Origin: Chiloscyllium plagiosum
Lineage: Eukaryota
Length of the DNA stretch: 49,447 nt
Direction: 5' to 3'
Assembly (NCBI RefSeq): GCF_004010195.1
Contig: NC_057750.1
Span: forward strand, 10,639,316 to 10,688,762
A model generated the notes under the pieces. That model made no database searches. It was not told where the DNA came from and saw nothing but the letters and a program-made list of their open reading frames with translations. The position numbers and the translations under genes were made by a program. This document shows, piece after piece, positions 1-12,196 of the stretch; position 1 is the first letter of the stretch, and every line of letters begins with the position of its first letter.

Positions 1-187
1 AGAACAGGGGGCCCACGCAGTCATTTGGGCTCTGCTGACGCCTCAGCTAAAAATATAATCGTACCGACCTGTAAATAGGAATGATTACTCTGTAAGAACA
101 GGGGGCCCACGCAGTCATTTGGGCTCTGCTGACGCCTCAGCTAAAAATATAATCGTACCGACCTGTAAATAGGAATGATTACTCTGT
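1..187. repeat. Exact tandem duplication, 93-bp unit with 94-bp period (may extend beyond the window start)
   Basis: 1-93 is identical to 95-187 (agaacagggggcccacg...gattactctgt). Confidence 0.95.
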
Positions 188-199
188 TTTTAGTATGCA

Positions 200-290
200 A
201 ACAAATGGAATGTTTACATATGTATGGCATGTCCAGTTGTACAGATCATCAAAGTATTTTATGAATAAAGTATATTTTTGAAAAAAAAAA
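200..290 (+). mobile_element. 3' tail with poly(A) of a Tx1/L1-like LINE
   Basis: ttttatgaataaagtatatttttgaa (257-282) followed by an A-run; the same 26 nt occur at 27335-27360 at the end of the Tx1-like element. Confidence 0.6.
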
Positions 291-585
291 TCAGGTCACT
301 TCTCATCCTTCTTTGTTCCAGTGAGAAAAGCCATAGCTCCCTCAACCTTTCTTCATTAAACATGCCCTCTAGTTCAGGCAGCATCCTGGTAAATCTCCTC
401 TGCACCCTCTCTAAAGCTTCCACATCCTTCCTATAATGAGGCGACCAGAACTGAACACAATATTCTAAGTGTGGTTGAACCAGGGCTCTGTAGAGCTGCA
501 GCATTACCTTGCAGCTCTTAAACTCAATCCCCTGTTAATGAAAGCTAACACACTATATGCCTTCTTAACAACCCTATCAACTTCA
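291..585 (-). mobile_element. CR1-clade LINE fragment (RT C-terminal region)
   Basis: LYRALVQPHLEYCVQFWSPHYRKDVEALERVQRRFTRMLP is a hallmark CR1 ORF2 motif. Confidence 0.95.
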
Positions 586-620
586 TCTACCATTTATCCT
601 ACTCTAAGATCAAACTAACT

Positions 621-3410
621 TTATGTACCCTTCATTTTACTATCATCCATGTGCCTATCCAAGAGTCGCTTAAATGTCTTTAATGTATCTGACTCTACTC
701 CCACCGCTGGCAGTGCATTCCACACACCCACCACTCTCTGCGTAAAGAACCGACCAGTTCTGCAATCTATCAATGTCCCGTCGCAACCTATAACAGCCCT
801 CCACACTATCCACCACACCATCAACCTTTGTGACATTGACAAATTTACTAACCCTTCCACTTCCTCATCCAAGACATTTATAAAAATCACAAAGAGCAGA
901 GATCCAAGAGCAGATCGCTGCGGAACACCACTGGTCACCGAGCTCCAGGCTGAATACTTTCCATGTACTACCACCCTGTGCCTTCTGTGAGCCAGCCAAT
1001 TCTGTATCCAGACAGCCAGATTTCCCTGTACCCCATGCCTACTTACTTTCTGAGTGAACCTACCATGGAAAACCTTAACAAATGCTTTGCTAATATCCAT
1101 GCACACCGCATCCACTGTTCTACCTTCATGAATGTATTTTGTCACATTCTCAAAAAATTCAATAAGGCTTGTGAAGTAAGACCTGCCATGCTGACTAGCT
1201 CTAATCAAACTATGATATTCCACGTAATCTGTCTCTCAGAATGCTCTCCAATAATTTTCCCACCACAGACGTAGGACTGACTTGTCTGTAATTCCCAGGA
1301 TTATCCCTATTCCCTTTTATGAACAAGGGAATAACATTTACCACCCTCCAGTCATCTGGCAGTACTCCAGTGAACAGTGAGGACACAAAGATCATCACCA
1401 AAGCCACAGCAATTTCTTCCCTGGCTTCCTGTAATAACCTTGGGTAAATCCTGTCTGATCCAGGGGACTTAACTATCCTTATGTTTTTTGAACTTTTCAG
1501 CACATCCCCCTTCTTAACATCAATCGGTTCGAGCATATCAGCCTGTTTCACACTGTCATCACCAACTACAAGGTCCCTCTCAGTAGTAAATACTGAAGCA
1601 AAGTATTCATTAAGGATCTCCCCTACCTCCTCTGACTCCAGGCACAAGTTCATTCACTATCACTGATTGGCCCTACCCTCACTCTAGCCATCCTCTTGTT
1701 CTTCACATAAGTTTAGAATGCCTTAGGGGTTTCCTTAATCCTACCCACCAAAGCTTTCTCATGCCCCCCTCTAAAGTCCATTCTTCAGTTCCTTCCTGGC
1801 TACCTTGTAACTCTCTAACCTTGTCTGATCCTTGCCTCCTCAATCTCAAGTAAGCATTCTTCTTACCCTTGACTAGATGTTTCACATTCCTTGTCACCCA
1901 CATTCCTTCACTCTATCATCGCTTCCTTGCCTCAGTGGGGCAAACCTATCCGGCACTATCCAGCACTATCAGCAAATAACCTCCACATTGCCACTCAAGT
2001 GGATAGGGTTGTTATGAAAGCATATGGTGTTTGGCTTTCATTAACGGTGGGATCAAGTTTAAGAGCTGCGGGGTTTTGCTGCAGCTCTACAAGTTCCTGG
2101 TGAGACCACATTTGGAATATTGTGTCCAGTTCTGGTCGCCCTACTATAGGAAAAATACAGAGGCTTTGGAGAGGGTGCAAAGAAGGTTTACCAGGATGCT
2201 GCCTGGACTGGAGGGCTTGCCTTATGAAGAAAGGTTGAAAAAGCTCGGACTTTTCTCTCTGGAGAGAAGGAGGAAGAGAGGTGACCTGATCGAGGTGTAC
2301 AAGATAATGAGAGGAATAGATAGAGTCAATAGCCAGAGACTTTCCCCCAGGGAGGATTGACTGGTATGAAAAGTCATAGTTTTAAGCGACTGCTGGGCAT
2401 GCACATGGATAGCAGTGAGTTGAGGGGTGCGTAGGTTAAGTTATTATATTTTACATTAGGATTAAATCTCGGCACAACATCGTGGGCCAAAGGGCCTGTT
2501 CTGTGCTGTACTTTTCTGTGTTCTATTACTGTTGTGCTTGTTCCTAAAAACATCTGTTTCCAATTCAGGTGCCCCAGTTTCTGCATAATAGCATTGTAAT
2601 TCCCCTTCCCCCAATTAAATACTTTCCCACACCGTCTGCTCCTATCCCCCTTCATGACTATAGTAAAGGTCAGGGAGTTCTGATCACTAGCACTGAAATG
2701 CTTTCCCACCGAGAGATCGGACACTTGGCCTGGTTTGTTGCCAAGCACCAAATCCAATATGGGCTCCTGTCTAATTGGCCTATCTACATATTGAGTCAGG
2801 AATCCTGACAAAATCTGTCCCATCCAAACTATTTGAACTAAGGAAATTAAAGTTACCCATGACAACAACCCTGTTACTTCTACACCTTTCCAAAATCTTC
2901 CTCCCTATCTGCTCCTCCGTGTCTCTGTTGCCTTTGGAGGGTCTGTAGAAATCTCCCAATAAAGTGACTGCTCCTTTCCTGTTCCTGACTTCCACCCATC
3001 CTGACCCTGTGAACAAACCCTCCTCGATGACCTCCCTTTCTGTGATACTATCCCTGATTAGCAATGCCACTCCCCCACTTCTTTTACCTCCCCCCTTCCC
3101 ATTCCATTTGAAATATCTAAACGCCGGAACATCCAATCACCATTCCTGCCTCTGTGATGTCCAAGTCTCCGCAATGGCCACAACATTGTGGTTCCAAGGT
3201 GATGCTCTAAGTTCATCGCCTTTATTCCCGATACTTCTTGCGTTAAAACAGACACACTTCAACTCATCATACTGACTGCAACTTTGTCCTATCAACTGCC
3301 TATCCCTCGTTTCAGACTCTCGACACCCTGTATCTGACAGTTCACTAGTTGCTCCATCCTCAGATCTGTAGCTCCGGTTCCCACCCCCTGCCAGAATAAT
3401 TTAAACCCAC
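621..3410 (-). mobile_element. Long decayed CR1 LINE (APE endonuclease, RT and 3' end) with internal deletions and frameshifts
   Basis: ORF pieces GGVALLIRDSI/GDFYRPS/VVVMGNFN and ILDLVLGN...SDQN (endonuclease); KSPGSDRIYPRLL, DPGNYRQVSPTSVVGKLLE, VTSGVPQRSALGSLLFVIFIN (RT); FFTQRVVGVWNALP (C-terminus). Confidence 0.95.
1991..2527 (+). mobile_element. 5'-truncated CR1 3' fragment nested in opposite orientation inside the longer CR1
   Basis: LVRPHLEYCVQFWSP...RGDLIEVYKIMRGIDRV followed by the tail gggcctgttctgtgctgtac...ttctat. Confidence 0.9.
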
Positions 3411-3604
3411 CCAGGCTTTGTCCAAGACCAATATGCCCTTCCTAAGATTTAAGGGGTGCCCAGAAATTCTTGCTGTGGCTCCATTTGTAGTTCAATATAA
3501 AAACTAGCATTTCAAGAGCCTATCCAAATTTGGCCTTATCTGTGACATTTTCATGTTGTCTATTCCAACAAAGCAGCATATACCTCAAGGCCCAAACCAA
3601 AAGC

Positions 3605-3803
3605 ATGAACAGGAAATGACATCACCAATCCAAAGAAATCCAAACATATAAATAGAAACAGGAATTTTCAGCATTGCTTTGCCTGTGGCCCACTGAAGAT
3701 GTTACCTAGTAGGGTAACGAAATGTCTGGAAATTAACCTTTCAGCTCAGCGAGCAAACCTACATCCAAAACCTCAACCTGAGCTACAAATCTTCTCAAAA
3801 CGC
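3605..3803 (+). mobile_element. Penelope-like element 3' terminal-repeat fragment
   Basis: Contains a hammerhead motif and ends ctacaaatcttctcaaaac, matching the 3' end of the GIY-YIG-bearing element at 28003-28320. Confidence 0.7.
3690..3729 (+). ncRNA. Minimal type-I hammerhead ribozyme motif
   Basis: cca-CTGAAGA-T-GTTACC-tagtag-GGTAAC-GAAA-T-GTC-tgg: intact core, perfect 6-bp stem II, 3-bp stem I (cca/tgg), GUC cleavage triplet. Confidence 0.7.
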
Positions 3804-4149
3804 ACTAAGCATGAACATAAGCCTGAATCAGAATGTTTGGAAAAACACTTTAGTCAGTGAGCTTGTCAACTGGGACTAGCATCGTTTCATTGTTTGGCCT
3901 ATAAAAGAGTTGCTTTCTGGTTGGTTGCTTGAGGAAGACACCATTTTGGCCAGCTCATGGTGTTGGGAATTGGGATACCCTCTCAGTGTAACATATTTAG
4001 TATGTCCTGTGTGGCAATAGACCACATTTAACTGTGTCACAGTAATAATTGGCCCCTCCTACATGGTACAAGCAAAAGATTATTGGGCTCCACACTATGC
4101 TATTATGTGCAAGCATAGTTTCAAAAATAAGTTTTTGTTGTTTATTTTT

Positions 4150-4592
4150 AATTCATTCACAGTATGTGAGCATTCCTGGCTAGGTCAGCATTTATTGTCC
4201 ATCTTTCATTGTCCAGGGGCCGATTAAGAGTCAACCTCAGTGTTGTGAGTCTGGAATCATAGGCTTTTGCCTGAAATGTCGATTTTCCTGCTCCTCGGAT
4301 ACTGCCTGACCAGCTGTGCTTTTCTAGCGCCACTTTAATCTAGACTCCTGTCTGGAATCACATACATTCTGGATTAGTGGTACAGGCCAGACCAGGTAAG
4401 GATGGCAGAGATCCTTCCCTGAAGTTTCTCCCAACAACTGACAATGATTTCATGGTCATCATTAGGCTCTTAATTCCAGATTTTTATTGAATTCAAATTC
4501 CACCATCTGCCGTGGCAGGATTTGAACCCAGGTGCCCAGAACATTACCTGTGTCTCTGAATTGACATATACTACTAGGCCATCACCTCCCCT
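4150..4592 (-). mobile_element. tRNA-derived SINE (second family, tail shared with the L2/Crack-like LINE)
   Basis: B-box-like ggttcaaatcc on the minus strand near 4518-4528. Body is similar to copies at ~9050-9330, 22478-22730, 32610-32965 and 34375-34720. Confidence 0.6.
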
Positions 4593-5149
4593 AAAGGAAT
4601 GAAAACTGACCTTCAAATGGAGATGGGCAAGGGGACAAGGTCACCTTGACATCATCAGTAGCTGCCCATGGTCACTGGCTGAAAGGATTTAAACAGATGA
4701 TTGACATAATGTAGACAGCTGGTCCTCCCAGGGTAAGGGATATCAACAGGAGTAAATGAGGGGACAGAGAAAAAGGTCGGGGGAGTCATTAACCAATCAG
4801 AGTGAGTGAATCTTCAGGTCCCCCCCACCCACCTTCTCCCAAGCTAGACCTCACAGAGACCTGAAGGGAATAGAGGACCTCCACTGGGCTGAGGAGAGAA
4901 CATGAGCCCAGGTCCCCATTCTGAGCAAACACTGACTGAGCTCAATTGGAAACATTTCAAACCAACATTCCCAGAGCATCTGTAGGTTGAGTAACTTTAC
5001 TTTTCTGAGTATGAACTAGATCTCAAAGCTGTTGACTATGCTGTTGTCTGATCAATGTCAAGAATTATGGATTTGGACAGCAGAGAGGAGGTCCACCATA
5101 ACTGTGCAGGCTCTTTGATAGAACCATCTAATCCATCACACTCCCCACT

Positions 5150-5680
5150 CTTTCTCCAAAGTCACTGAACATTGGACACAAGACACACCCAGAATTGGTA
5201 AAGCCTACAGTCCACCTGCAAGGTATTGGGAACTGGCACTCTCCCAGAGCCAGTCCACCATTGACAAGGCGCAAGTCAGGAGTATGAGGGCATACTCCCC
5301 ACCAATCTGGTTTGGAGCAGCTCCAACAGCACTCAAGAAGCTCAACCCAATCCAGAATAAAGCAGCCGGATTGATTGGCAGCACATCCACAAACACCCAC
5401 TCCCTCTGCCATTCACTATACAATGGCAGCAGTGTATACCATCTCCACCGAAGCAATAAGGTTCTTTCCACAGCATGTTACAAACCTGCGACCAAGCTAC
5501 CCACCATCCTGACTTGGAAATATATTGGCCATTCCTTTGCTGTTGCTGAGTCAAAATCCTGGAATCAGTCCTTCACATTTCCTCTCAGATTACACTGGTT
5601 CATGGGGGCACCTCTCCACTATCTCCAGGGCAATTAGGGATGGGCAATAAATGGTGGCTCACATCCCACGATCAAATTTT
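5150..5680 (+). mobile_element. L2/Crack-like (CR1-group) LINE 3' fragment
   Basis: YSPPIWFGAAPTALKKLNPIQNKAAGLIG and SKSWN motifs; tail gggcaattagggatgggcaataaatg. Confidence 0.7.
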
Positions 5681-6345
5681 AAAAAACGTGGTACATGAGG
5701 ATAACTGAAGGGATGAAACATGAAATAATGTTGAGGATAATCTTGATGAGAAGAGAAAGGTCCAAGAATAATATGGTCAGTTACAGGATCTCCCCTCATA
5801 TCTTGAGGCCCTGGAGAGGGTGCAGCTAAAGTTTGATCTCACAAATTGTGAGTGTAGAAATCAGGGAAGGCTTGAAAGGCTGGATCTCCTCTCATAAAAG
5901 AAAAGTGCTGAGGGGAAAAGATGAAAGGTTTTGATCAAGGTATCCAAGATTTGTATGTTTGTTCTTTGTATCTGAGACGGCACCATAAGAGGCGACATTG
6001 TAAAGTTTTCATTGTACTCCTGTGTCTCTGTGCTTGAGTACATGTAACATTAAAGGATATTCTAATCTATTCTATTCTAAGAGTTGGCTTGGCCTATTTT
6101 CCAGGGAGTGTCAGGGGCTGAGGGATGACCTTATAGAAATTTATAAAATCATAAGGGGGATGGATAGGGTGAATAGCCAAGGTCTTTACCCCAGCCTTTT
6201 CTCTGGTGTTTGTTTCATATCGTTAGCATTTTGATTTTATTCATATGTGGTAGAGTTTGAGATTGGCACATATTGGAGAACTGTTCCAGGGTATTATGGG
6301 CTATTTATGCAGAAAGGTCCCCAATCACTGTCAGCCTGTCTAAAT

Positions 6346-6694
6346 TCATAGAATCCCTACACTGTGCAAGCAGGCCATTCAGCCCATTGAGTCCACACCG
6401 CCCCTCTGAACAGCATCCCACCCAAACACCCCCCCCCCCCCTATAGTCTTACTATTCCCATGGCTAATATACCCAACCTACACATCTCTAGATATCACAT
6501 GGCAATGTAGCATGGCCCATACACCTAACCTGCACATCGTTGGACTGTGGGAGGAAAGAAGAGGACCAGGAGAAAACCCACACAGACACAGAGGGTAAAG
6601 TGCAAACTCCACAACGTCGCCCGAAGGTGGAATTGAACCCAGATCTCTGGCACTGTGAGGCAGTAGTACTAACCACTGAGCCATCGTGCCACCC
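6346..6694 (-). mobile_element. HE1-like V-SINE
   Basis: On the minus strand: A box tggctcagtgg, B box ggttcaattcc, V-domain-like ggagtttgcac...tcccacagtcca and a CR1-type tail. Confidence 0.85.
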
Positions 6695-7166
6695 AATTCC
6701 TTTATAGTGTACAACCATACCTTTATGTACCTACGACAAAACGTATCTCTTTTTTTCCTAACTAACTTACTACTTTATTCTAAAGGAACATTTTAAGGGA
6801 CTTCTCTTGCTCGCATTTTCCCTTCTCCATCTTTGTTATGAAATGAGAAAGTGAGCATTGAGAGTGGGGGGCCCCTACCGTCCTGCTTTTGTGCAGAGTG
6901 TGGCTCAATGGGCTGATCTTTTTCCTTTGCATTGTGAGTTCAAGACCCATTCCAGACACTTGCATGCAAAACATAAGGCTTACATTTCAGTAACCTAATC
7001 CCAAGCCAATTGGTAAAGTATGGAACCAGACACAAACAGTTTCCTCCAATGATAGGTTTATTTAAAAATGCAGCCTTGTTTTTGTCAGTTTTTGACCTAC
7101 CACCCCATTTCCCAGCAGAATCTCTTTCATAAATTTTTTCTATTTTCTTCAACCTGTTCAGAGATA

Positions 7167-7480
7167 GAGTCTTACAGCATAGAAACAGACCCTTACATGT
7201 ATAATTCCAAGCGAAACTAGTCCCACCGCCCACTGCTTGGCCCCCAAACATTTCTTATTCATGTACTTATTCAAACGTCTTTAAAACACAGTAATCGTAC
7301 CTGCATCCACTGCTTTCTCTGGCAATTCATTCTACACACAAACCATTCTCTGTGTAAAAACGTTACCCCTCGTGTCCTTTTGAAATCTTCCTCCTCTCAC
7401 CTTAAAATATGCCCGCTACTCTTGATATCCTCTACCTGAGGGAATAGACACCTGCCATTCACCTTATCAATACCCCTCAA
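7167..7480 (-). mobile_element. CR1 3' fragment
   Basis: Similar to the other CR1 3' ends (ataga...gcatagaaacagaccc; ttcaccttatc). Confidence 0.75.
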
Positions 7481-7616
7481 GGTATAACTTGAATCCAGGC
7501 CTCCTGGACCAGGGATAGGGACATTACCTTTATGTCTATTTTTTTAAAATAAATGTATTTTTCTAATCAACCCGTTCAGAGATGTTATCACACACCTCTG
7601 GAGCAGGTGAAACTTG

Positions 7617-8206
7617 TGTTATGGACCAACCAAAGTCCCTCAAAATATATGAAGAAGACAGCCTAGACCCTAACGTTTTCTTATGTTAAAGACTAGTGCC
7701 AGGTATTGCATTCCAGATGCAATTTGATTAATCAAACTACCAGTCTTGAAACAAAACACATATTATTCATACACAACAGTTAAAATCCAGACAAAAGGAA
7801 GAATTGGAATAGCAACTCTATTGGAAAACTTCACAGAATAATAGATGATTTAATTACTAAACAGTAACTGTTCCAATGCAGTAACATTCCATAAACACAC
7901 CCTTGGCAAAGGCAAATTCAGTAACATAGATGGTCTCACATGTAATTCTAGCAGCAGGAAGCAAGCCCCAGCTTTTACCTGTAACATAGAGAAGATTGAG
8001 AGCTTCCATATCCAGCTTCAAGATCCTAACAGCAGCTGCTGAAAGCTAAAAGTAAAAATTCTGGTACTAAGGGAGCATGACCCCACCCATTCAGGCTGCT
8101 TCTATTGTTCCAACTTAAAAAAAAAACCAAGGTCTCACAAACTGTCCTCACCTTTTTTCATAAAAAAAAGACCAAATGCACCTCTTAAAGCCATAGTATC
8201 ATCATT
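7617..8206. mobile_element. Solo-LTR-like insertion (~590 bp)
   Basis: Starts tgttatg and ends catcatt (degenerate TG...CA). Flanked by a 4-bp cttg duplication (7613-7616, 8207-8210) and splits a short tRNA-like repeat (aaacttg|aacacaggcc). Confidence 0.55.
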
Positions 8207-9339
8207 CTTGAACACAGGCCTCCCAGTCCAGGGAAAGGAACATTACTACTACTACAAGAGAGCCCTTTGGGCCTACTTTGGTCTTTTTCCCCAAATCACC
8301 TGTGGTTAATTACATAGTGAGTCAGAAAATAAAGACACTTTTGTGAATAGAGTTTATTATTTTAGTTTTTTTTAGCATCAGGAAAACACCCGTGTGGGCA
8401 ATTAAATATTTACAAGCAAAGCCTGTTAAAAGCAATGCTAATATCAAAAAGGGAATGGGTGTAGAGAGAGCGAGAGAGCGGGGACCAGATCTCTTTATAA
8501 GTGCTTAATTAAACAATACCCTTCACTTGTGTACCTTAATGATATAATGAATATATCATTAACCTCAGCGCTCTCCAGGGCTGCAAAAGGATCTGTGATC
8601 TCATCCAATCAGGATAAGTGGCAATGTGGCATTGTATCAAAGGGACTCTCACAGGGCTCTCAGGCAATGGAATGTGCCAACTGCGGAGAGGGACCGAACT
8701 GGGAAATATGTGGCCATCATCAGAACTACATGATTACAGAGGCCGGGTCTTCTCACACTTATACATGATCATGCAATTGTGCACCAAGTAAGATATGGGG
8801 CCACTGTGTGATATGGGATCAATGCTGATCACAATTTACATTTTAATGATTCAGACTTTAGTGTCAGAAATCATAATTTCTAAATTTGCTGACGGCACCA
8901 AATTAGGGGCTTGTCAAATAAAAGCAAGCTACTGCAGAGATCTAAAATGAAAACATAAAGTGATGGAGAAGCTCAGCAGGTCTGGCAGTATCTGTGAGAG
9001 AGAAAAACAGGGTTAGCAATTGGACTTCAAACGTTTATTATGGGGGGATAGTGACCCAGGTGAGCTAGTTCATGTAAACAGACAATGGCTATATGGTCAC
9101 CACTAGGCCAGCTTTTAAATCTAAAAACACTAGTCCAATGGTAACCAGTAATTATTGTTAAAATCCATCTGTTTTACTGATATCCTTTAGCAAAGAATAT
9201 CTCATGTCCTTACCTGGTCTGGGCCTACATGTGACTCCAGACCAACAGCAATGTGATTGACACCTAACTGCTCTCTGAAATGGTCCTAGCATGCTACTCA
9301 GTTCCAGGATAATTAGGGATGGGCAACAAATGACCTCTT

Positions 9340-9865
9340 CTGGAGTATTGTGTCCAGTTCTGGTCACTCGGTTATATCAAGGATATTATTAAACTGGAGA
9401 AGGTTCAGAAGAGACTTATCAAGATGTTGCCTGGAATGGAGAGTTTGAGTTATGAAGAGAGCTGGATAGGCTGAAACTTTTTAAAAAACTGAGCGTAGGA
9501 GGTTGAGAGGTGACCTTATAGAGGTTTATAAAATAATCAGGGCTATAGATAAAGTGAATGGCAGATGTCCTTTCCGAGGGTGGGGGATTTCAAGTCAAGT
9601 GGACATATTTTTAAGGTGAGAGGAGAAAGATTTAAGAAGGACACGAGGGGCAATTTTTTTACACAGAGTAATTCGTGTGCGGAATGAACTTCCTGAGGAG
9701 GTAGTGGATGTGGGGACAGTTACAAGGTTTAAAAGACATTTGGAGAAGTACATGAGTAAGAAAGGTTTGGAGGGATATGGGCCAACTGTAGGCAGGTGGA
9801 ACTAGTTTATTTTGGGATTATGGCTGATTGGACCGAATGGTTTCCATGCTGTATATAACTCTATG
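9340..9865 (+). mobile_element. CR1 3' fragment
   Basis: tggagtattgtgtccagttctggtc (LEYCVQFW), gaggtgaccttatagaggtttataaa (RGDLIEVYK), CR1 tail. Confidence 0.9.
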
Positions 9866-10599
9866 AATGCTGGCCTGACCAGTAATGTCCACATCCCATG
9901 GAAGAAGAAAGGAAGTTAAAAAACCTAGCTGAGGGGTGTGAATTTGGAATTCTAACACTGATAGAGGTAAATAATGAAACATGGGAGAGGGCTAGACTAA
10001 TTCTGGTTGGGCTGAATGGCCTGTCTCTGTGCCAGATATTCAACACAATTCTGTATGTAGGTGTTAGTGGCTTTGACATTTTCGATTTAAATTCAGCACC
10101 GTGATGCAGTGATGATATTATATATTGTGAGGTAGCTTCCATAACTGGCTTAATCCATGAATAGACCATTCATTGTAACTCAGAGAAGGAACATTGTGCC
10201 AAAAGAATAAATTGGGTATCATATTTAATTTCTCCTTGGAAAATTTTTACTAAGTATTAACTCAGAGCTGAAATGTTTGGATTATTCTGAAGGAACAGCC
10301 AGCAATTTGATTGAAGGCTTGGCTTCTGTGCGTACGAATAGATGCAGCCAGATGTTTGTGAAGTCCCACGAGGAGCAGAAATGCACATTTTATATATTTG
10401 TAAATGGAGAACAAATAGCTGCATGTGAATTTAAGGAAATCAAGGTCATTTAATCAAATTCAATTTGGAATGAAGCAACAATTAGCATTAAATATAGACC
10501 AAGTGATAAACCTAATGGGAATCAGAGGAGGCCTCTTGTGGTAGTTTCCCTACCTCTGGCCCGGGTTCACATCCCACCTGTCCCAGAGGTGAATCATAA

Positions 10600-11320
10600 C
10601 ATAGGAAGGAGTGGGCTGTTCATCCCTTCAAACCTGCTCTACCATTCAATATCACCATGTCTAATCATCCAACTTAGCACCCTGTTCCCAATTTCTCCAC
10701 AAATCCTTTAGCCCTAAGGACTATATTTAACTCCTTCCTGAAAACATTCAATGTTTTGGCCTCAAACGCCCTCTGTGACAGAGAATTCCACAGGCTCCCC
10801 ACTCTCTGGGTGAAGACATTTCTCCTCATCTCAGTCCGCAATAAAATCAAGAGTGGCATGGAACAGGGTGAAACATCAAGGCCTTTTCTCCATGGTAGGG
10901 GAGTCCAAAACTAGAGGGCATAGATTGGAGGGCATGGAATGCTTTGCCAGTGGTGGTGGTGGAAGCAGAGTCATTAGGATCATTTAAGCGACTGCTGGAC
11001 AGGCACATGGACAGCAGTGAGTTGAGGGGTGCGTAGGTTCAGTTATTATATTTAAGCTGAGACAGGAAAGATTTAAAAGGACCTAAGGGGCAATCTTTTC
11101 ACATAGAGGGGTGGTGAATTAGCTACCAGAGGAAATGGTGGAGGCTGGTACAATCACAACATTTAAAAGGCAACTGGATGGGTACAGAAATAGGAAGGGT
11201 TTAGAGGGATATGGGCCAAATGCTGGCAAATAGGACTAGATGAATTTAGGATATCTACTTGGCATGGACAAGTGGGACTGAGGGGTCTGTTTCCGTGCTG
11301 TACATCTCTATGACTCCAGA
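10600..11320. mobile_element. Cluster of nested CR1 3' fragments (10600-10835 minus; 10860-11320 plus, with an inner fragment at ~10925-11052)
   Basis: MRRNVFTQRVGSLWNSL on the minus strand; CR1 3' UTR-like tails on the plus strand. Confidence 0.8.
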
Positions 11321-12196
11321 AATGGTCTACCACATCTCCCTGGTAGAACTCCTGGTTCTAAAATGTCATGTCTGAATAGGTTGATTTAATAAAAAAAAAC
11401 TATCTGTCAGCAAAGCCGAGGTTTATATCCTATTTCTTCTTTAATTCTTTGCCAAATGCAGGTCCAGTCAATTGCATCACAACCATCACCAGTTGATTCC
11501 TCTGTAGGGCAGCATACATGTTTCTGTAGCAGGTTGCAGTCCAGACTATGGATAGTGATGGTAGAGGCTCCAATGTTCTTACCATCACTTGACTGACCAG
11601 GAATCTTGCCCACTCTTACCATCTGTTCTTGGCATGTGTTGGAAAGATTTGCAAGTTGATGCTTGAACTGTTTGACCAGGTTACAAAGGTATCAAATGGA
11701 CTCAAACCCAGACTTTCGGCTGAGAGCCATGGAAGCTACCCACTACACCTCAAAATCTCCCTCTTTGTAGAATCATGGTTATTCCCTCATCTTTTCTGTA
11801 AGAGGAAACTAGCCAACCCCATTGTAGCCCTGCAAACCTTCCTTCCTCAAATAATGATTTAATTCTCTATTGAACACCAGGATTGTAGCTGCCTCCACCA
11901 CTCTCTCAAGCAGTGATGGTGCAGTGATCTGGTCAAAGCACATCTTTAATACAGCATTCAGTTATGGTCATTTGGACAGAAGGCCGAAGGGAGATATGAG
12001 GTTATTTCCTGTAGAAGGCACAATATCGTGAGGAAGGACTGGAGATATTTCGGTCTGGAAAACATGGGGAGATGATGGAGGATCCCCAAGATGGTTTTCC
12101 TGGATGATTTTGGAAGCTGAGAGTCCATGTCAGTCATGATTGCCATGTTCAAATTCTGTATTAGCTGTGCCTTATTCGTGCCTCATGAGATTTCCT

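Noticed and set aside
10108..10290. C/D snoRNA (gtgatga box)
   Set aside because: No D box or terminal stem at a suitable distance.
11600..11680. 48-nt minus-strand micro-exon (FKHQLANLSNTCQEQM|gtaag)
   Set aside because: Weak acceptor and no homology; expected by chance.
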